From the human T2T-CHM13v2.0 reference genome, Homo sapiens: 64,000 bases of DNA. The translations under genes were made by a program, and so were the position numbers. The stretch lies in the NCBI RefSeq assembly GCF_009914755.1, contig NC_060937.1. One strand, given 5' to 3'. How positions within the stretch are numbered: the stretch's first letter is position 1; each line of letters starts with the position of its first letter. The notes under the pieces are model-generated. The model was not told the origin of the DNA, did not search any database, and saw only the letters and a list, made by a program, of their open reading frames with translations. Shown piece by piece: positions 58,274 through 64,000 of the stretch.

Positions 58274-60154
58274 TGTATGTACTAATTTTTGAATTCAAAT
58301 CTTTAGTTGGAATGGCACTAAAAAGAGAAACAATCAAATATGGAAACAGTAAGTACTTGAGTTATTAATGAATTGATGCGGAAACAAAGCCTACAAAGCC
58401 TTTATTCCATTGAAAGAGAATACAGACAGAATAAAGAGATGGAAATAAAGAAGTAGGCTTTATTCAGCTGCTATTCCTTAGTGGGCCGTGGGATTTGTAG
58501 CGCCACACAAGGATGACACCCCACATAGACAGAGGTGGTCTACACCACTTGCACACAATTTGTACATGGTATGGCATTGGGCTAGCCTTGTGTTCCACCT
58601 GAAGAAGGGAATCCTGCCCCCTCCGACACAAGGGAAGGCATCTTTCTGGCAGAAAGAAACACTGGTAAGTCAGGAGACCTGGATTCCAGTCCAACTTCTT
58701 CTCCCTCGCTGCTGTTTCCTCTTTTGGAACACGAGAGGCCTGAATCTGATGACTCCTGGGGTTCTTTCCTATTCTGAAATGCTCTAACTTTACACTTGGC
58801 CTGGAGAACAGTGTTGTCCTTTAAAAGGAATTTTTCTCCCTGTCAGGTTCTCCTGCCCCAAATGTTTCAGGTCCTGATTTGTACACAATAAGGAGCAAAA
58901 GGCATCTCCTTTTGATCCTGTGGTTAAAAATATTTAGTTCTTTGGTGTTTGAAATGTTCTCTCCAACTAAACATTGTAACCTTGACATAGCTTGATTTGC
59001 ACTTAAATATAAACATACTATTGGCAAGACCTCATGAAATAACTGACTTACAGCAACCTTGGAGTTGGCAGCATAACATAACAGATCAAGTTTCTCATTA
59101 TCATTCCATGCAAGATAAGAGAATTTTCCTCTCATTCAGCTGAGTTTCCGTGCCTTTGTTTGTTGAGTACTAGGTAGTGAGAGCTTTAAAATGCTCAACA
59201 TCATATTCTGTGATGTGAATTTCAGCAGCCTATTTGGGGGAGTTATTTTTAATCTCTTAATACATGATTACTGTGACCATTTTCTCCTTATCATTGTCTT
59301 AGATTTAATTCACAACTGGTGTGATTATTCTTTCTGGTTGTGATGCTAGTCTATTAAGGCTTTGAATCATGAATGCAGCCTTGTAGGTTAAAAAGCCAAC
59401 AAAATTGCTTTTGATGGGATAAGATTATGAGTGTCCCTGTGGGTTAGTGAGTTTTTAAAAATTTGTTTGCAAGGCCACATAAGTTAATTATCATAAAATA
59501 GGTACAAGTGGTCTTGCAGTTCAATTGGAAATTGTAACAAAAATATGAAAGTATGAAGTAAAATGCACCATAACAGAAATGAATTGCATTGCTTCACAAA
59601 AATCTTACACAAAAACTTAACAAGCATTTCCATCTTATAAAATAAAATAAGATTCCGTCAGTAAGGTTTGGAGAGATTAGTTCTTAGCCCAGGTTATTCT
59701 CCTTTTTACATGATCCTTTCCTATACTAGCTACAGAATTGCAGAAAAATACTCCCTGGAGAGTGAGCTGGCTCACTTCCAATATTCAAATGTCCAGGTAA
59801 GGACTATTTGTCCCTCTCAACTTATAATCTTGTTAAATTGTGAGCAGCAGCCTCTGAAGACAGTGTCTCAATTTACCAAAACTATTAAAAATGTGTTTAG
59901 AGATATCTAGGAACCAGATGGCAGAATAGGACCTTTTAATCAATCTTCCAGGTGATAAACTGAAACTTACCATCTTTTCCTTCTCTTCTTTGTTCTCATC
60001 ACTAACTTCAAAACAATGCATCAATCCAAACAGTTTAATTCCCTTATTACTCACCCAAACCACCCCAAAGTGTGAATTTCCCATCAGTTAATAAATAAAT
60101 TGCAAGACCTTGAAAGAGAATACAGACAGAATAAATAAATGGAAAGATGCTCAG

Positions 60155-60642
60155 TGGTAAAGAAAAAGTTATTCTGACACTTGTTAAAATGGTAAGAAAG
60201 ACTGGAAGACTTTGTTCAGGACTCTTGCAATAGGTGTTAAGACAATTGCAACAGAGGAGAGAGACTGAGCTCAACTCCAGATAGAGCAGAGACAGCTGGG
60301 GCTTTGTAGCCAATGAGCAGAGTGAGGGCTTCAGTGGATGGAACACTACTAAGGGGAGACATCAACGGTAGGAGGGATTCTTGCTAAACTGACTTAACAG
60401 GATTCTTGCTGAAGGCAGGTCAAGGGCTTATATATCAGAAGTAGGGGAAGAGAAACTTGATCAGATATCAAGGGTAATCAGACATCAAGGGTAAGAAATT
60501 TTCTCTAAAGTGACTTAGCAGGATTCTTGCTAAGACTGGCCTTCTGCAGGTTTGGCAAGAACAGGAGCTGAGGCTGAAGTCCAGTCCAGAGAGGGCTCGG
60601 AGAGGCCTGACTAAACTTTGGTCAAGGAGAGAATCTTTGTCA
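60155..60642 (-). mobile_element. Solo ERV1 LTR, MER67/MER31-like
   Basis: Minus strand begins TGACAAAGATTCTCTCCTTGACCAAAGTTTAGTCAGGC; perfect 4-bp TSD TCAG at 60151-60154 and 60643-60646. Confidence 0.85.
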
Positions 60643-60652
60643 TCAGTAAGTG

Positions 60653-60832
60653 GTAACTGTTACTAACAGAGCGACATCTTGACTTTGTCACTTGTCTGTC
60701 TGTCGATTTATTTCGGAGCACTCACATATCAGCTCTATTTTCTCTCCCATTTTTGCTGCTTTGGAATTTAATGGCTGAATTTAATATTCACTCTACCAAA
60801 ATTCTACTACAAGTAATTAATTGACACATCCC
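60653..60832 (+). repeat. Copy A of a 180-bp local duplication
   Basis: About 84% identical by manual alignment (28 differences in 180) to 62702-62880. Confidence 0.92.
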
Positions 60833-61042
60833 AGGGAGGTGGATGTGATAGAATTTTAACTGCATCCCTGAAAATTATATGTTGCCATTTATAAGTTAAA
60901 AACCTGATTTGAGAGAGTTTCAAAATTGAGTCATTTATAGAGTCAAAAATTGTATGCTTTTACTCCAAAGACATTGGTTTGTGGAAGATGTTACTTGTCG
61001 AAGAAAAGATATTGTGTGCTAATAAAAATCAATAAGCTTCAA

Positions 61043-61516
<474 letters not shown>

Positions 61517-62124
61517 TTATGGTAGAAGTAAGTGCTTCTGAAAGACTAACCTCCAAAGAAGATATATCCCTATTTAGTAAAATGGGATAAAATCACTTCC
61601 AGCCTGGAGCAGGCAGTGGGTGAGATGGATTCTCATGGTGCACGCATCTCTATGATTTTGTAAGTCTATGATTGCCCCGGATCTGGTAATGTCACTAGTT
61701 TTGAGTGGCATTGAGGGGCATAAAGAGAAGGAATCATGGTTATGGGGGAAAAAACAATCTCAATCTCCAATTTATCATCCCAGCTGATAAAAATTTGCTT
61801 CTATTCAAATTTGAAAGGGTACATATTTTTAAAAACCAAAAACATTTACTGGATGATTACAGAGCTGTGACAATAATGAAGCCAAATCAAATTGGACAAA
61901 TATTATCCAGTACATAGAAGGCCCTTGGTAAATGTTTGTTGAATTAAATCTGAATATGAATGATTGAAAGGTATTTTGGAAATAAAAAACCATGAAATAT
62001 TAGATATCAAAATATAAGAACCTAGTATTATTCAGGAAAAACTAAAAATCTAAATCTTACATGATTAGATTCCTAATCAATGATTCATCTCATTAGATTT
62101 TCTGAGAAATATTTAATTAATTAA

Positions 62125-62382
<258 letters not shown>

Positions 62383-62434
62383 TGAATGTATTTTCTTGCC
62401 TTTTAGCTTGTGTTATTAGTTCATACATATTAGA

Positions 62435-63150
62435 TATTTATCAGCAAATATTTATCGAGTGACTACTAGGTGTTAGGCACTATTCTAAGCATCAAGGAAG
62501 CAGAAGTGAACAAAACAGAAGTAAAATTCTATCCTCATGGAACTTATGTTAGAGTGGTGGAAACAAGTAAACATATATGTGTTATATAGACTGTCAAATG
62601 CTAATAAGTTATATTAGAGAAAGGTAAAACAGGGAAGGGGGAATGTGTTTTCATTAGAAGCAGTGGTCAGGGAAGCCTCCCTGAGAAGACACATCTGAGT
62701 AGTAACTGTTATTAACAGAACAATGTCTTGACTTTGCCATTTGCCTTTTTGTTAATTTATTTCAGAGCAGTCACAAATCAACTCTATTTTCTCTCCTTTT
62801 TTGTTGCTTTGAAATTTGATGCCTAAATTTAATATTCACTCTATTAAAATTCTACTACAAGTAATGAATTAACACATTCCATGGAGATGAAGGGTGGGGG
62901 CAGGGAGGAATGTAAGCCCTCGGAGTATCTGGGGGTCTCGCACCCCAGCCTTCCAGGTAGAGTGAACGGCAGCACCTGAAGAGGCTCCATGCTCTGGGTG
63001 TTTGAGGATTACAAAGAAGTTGCCATGGGCTGGAGTGGAGTGAACAGGGATGAGGGCAAAAGAACTTAGAGCAGAGGATAATATGGAATCCAACTGCGTG
63101 GGATCTTTAGGTCAATATCAGAATTTGAGCTTTTAATCTGAAATGGGTGG
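62435..63150 (-). mobile_element. LINE-2 3' fragment interrupted by a 180-bp insert
   Basis: TCAGCAAATATTTATCGAGTGACTACTAGGTGTTAGGCAC...GGTCAGGGAAGCCTCCCTGAGAAG, resuming after 62880 with L2-like TTCCAGGTAGAG.GAAC...GTGTTTGAGGA. Confidence 0.75.
62702..62880 (+). repeat. Copy B of the 180-bp local duplication, inside L2
   Basis: See 60653-60832. Confidence 0.92.
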
Positions 63151-63172
63151 CCATTCCAGTTTTGTAGGTATT

Positions 63173-63178
63173 TGTGTG

Positions 63179-63220
<42 letters not shown>
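63173..63220 (+). repeat. (TG)n microsatellite
   Basis: About 23 units with one TT interruption, abutting the MLT2 end. Confidence 0.92.
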
Positions 63221-63221
<1 letters not shown>

Positions 63222-63752
63222 TAGTCAGGGTTCTCTAAAGGGACAAAACTAATAGGATATTTGTATATATGAAGGGGAGTTTATTAAGGAGAATTGACTC
63301 ACATGATCACAAGGTAAAGTCCCACGATAGGACATCTGTAAGCTGAGGATCAAGGAAGCCAGTCCAAGTCCCAAAACCTCAAAAGTAGGGAAGCTGACAA
63401 GGCAGCCTTCAGTCTGGGGCCGAAGGCCCGAGAGCCCCTGGCAAACCACTGGTGTAAGTCCAAGAGTCCAAAAGCTGAAGAACTTGGAGTCTGATGTTCG
63501 AGGGGAACGTGGAAGAAAGATGAAGGCCAGAGGACTCAGAAAGTGTGCTCTTTCCACCTTCTTCTGCCTGCTTTACTCTAGATGCTCTGGCAGCTGATTA
63601 GGTGGTGCTCACCAGATTGAGGGTGGGGCTGCCTCTTCCAGTCCACTGACTCAAATGTTAATCCCCTTTGGCAACACCCTTAAGACATATGCAGATACAA
63701 CACTTTGCATCCTTCAATCCAATCAAGTTGACACTCATTGTTAACCATCACA
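63217..63752 (-). mobile_element. MLT2 (A/B-like) ERVL solo LTR
   Basis: TGTGTTAGTCAGGGTTCTCTAAAGGGACAAAACTAATAGGA...CAATCCAATCAAGTTGACACTC.TT.TTAACCATCACA. Confidence 0.9.
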
Positions 63753-64000
63753 ATGTGGTAACATAGACATGACATAAAATTTACCATTTTAACTGTTTTT
63801 AAATGTACAGTTCATTGCCATTAAGTAAACTCACATTGTTGGGCAACCATCACCACCATCCATCTCCAGAACTTTTTTATCTTCTCCAACTAAAACTCTG
63901 TACTCTTTAAACAATAACTCTCCATTGTCCACTATCCCCAGACTCTGGCAACTACTATGCTGCTTTCTGCCTCTATCTGTCTGCCTATTTCAGGTACATG
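63753..64000 (-). mobile_element. L1MB 3' end, continues past the window
   Basis: CATAAAATTTACCATTTTAAC...CAACCATCACCACCATCCATCTCCAGAAC. Confidence 0.85.

Overview
Primate (human-like) genomic DNA that is AT-rich, CpG-depleted and dominated by interspersed repeats. The first ~2.8 kb holds what look like the last two coding exons of a + strand gene I cannot name (319-377 and 2063-2098, reading ...IEQIQISNELTKGLEDLKR|QELFGRKISFQ*). Its 5' splice site is tandemly duplicated (17 bp), which would give a second, frameshifted C-terminus. The rest looks intergenic. It contains a full-length inactive L1PA5-like element (minus, ~6.7-12.9 kb), an old processed azurocidin (AZU1) pseudogene fragment (minus, 15.18-15.62 kb) and a 3'-truncated ancient L1M (41.1-45.4 kb). 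It also holds 13 Alu/monomer copies, several solo LTRs, L2/MIR relics, microsatellites, two candidate enhancer motif clusters and several local duplications. Almost all ORFs in the supplied track are repeat-derived or spurious. Repeat subfamily names come from recalled consensus features, not a database search, and boundaries of old repeats are approximate. I see no new multi-gene system; the most interesting items are the duplicated splice donor, the AZU1 retrocopy and the templated local duplications near 58-63 kb.
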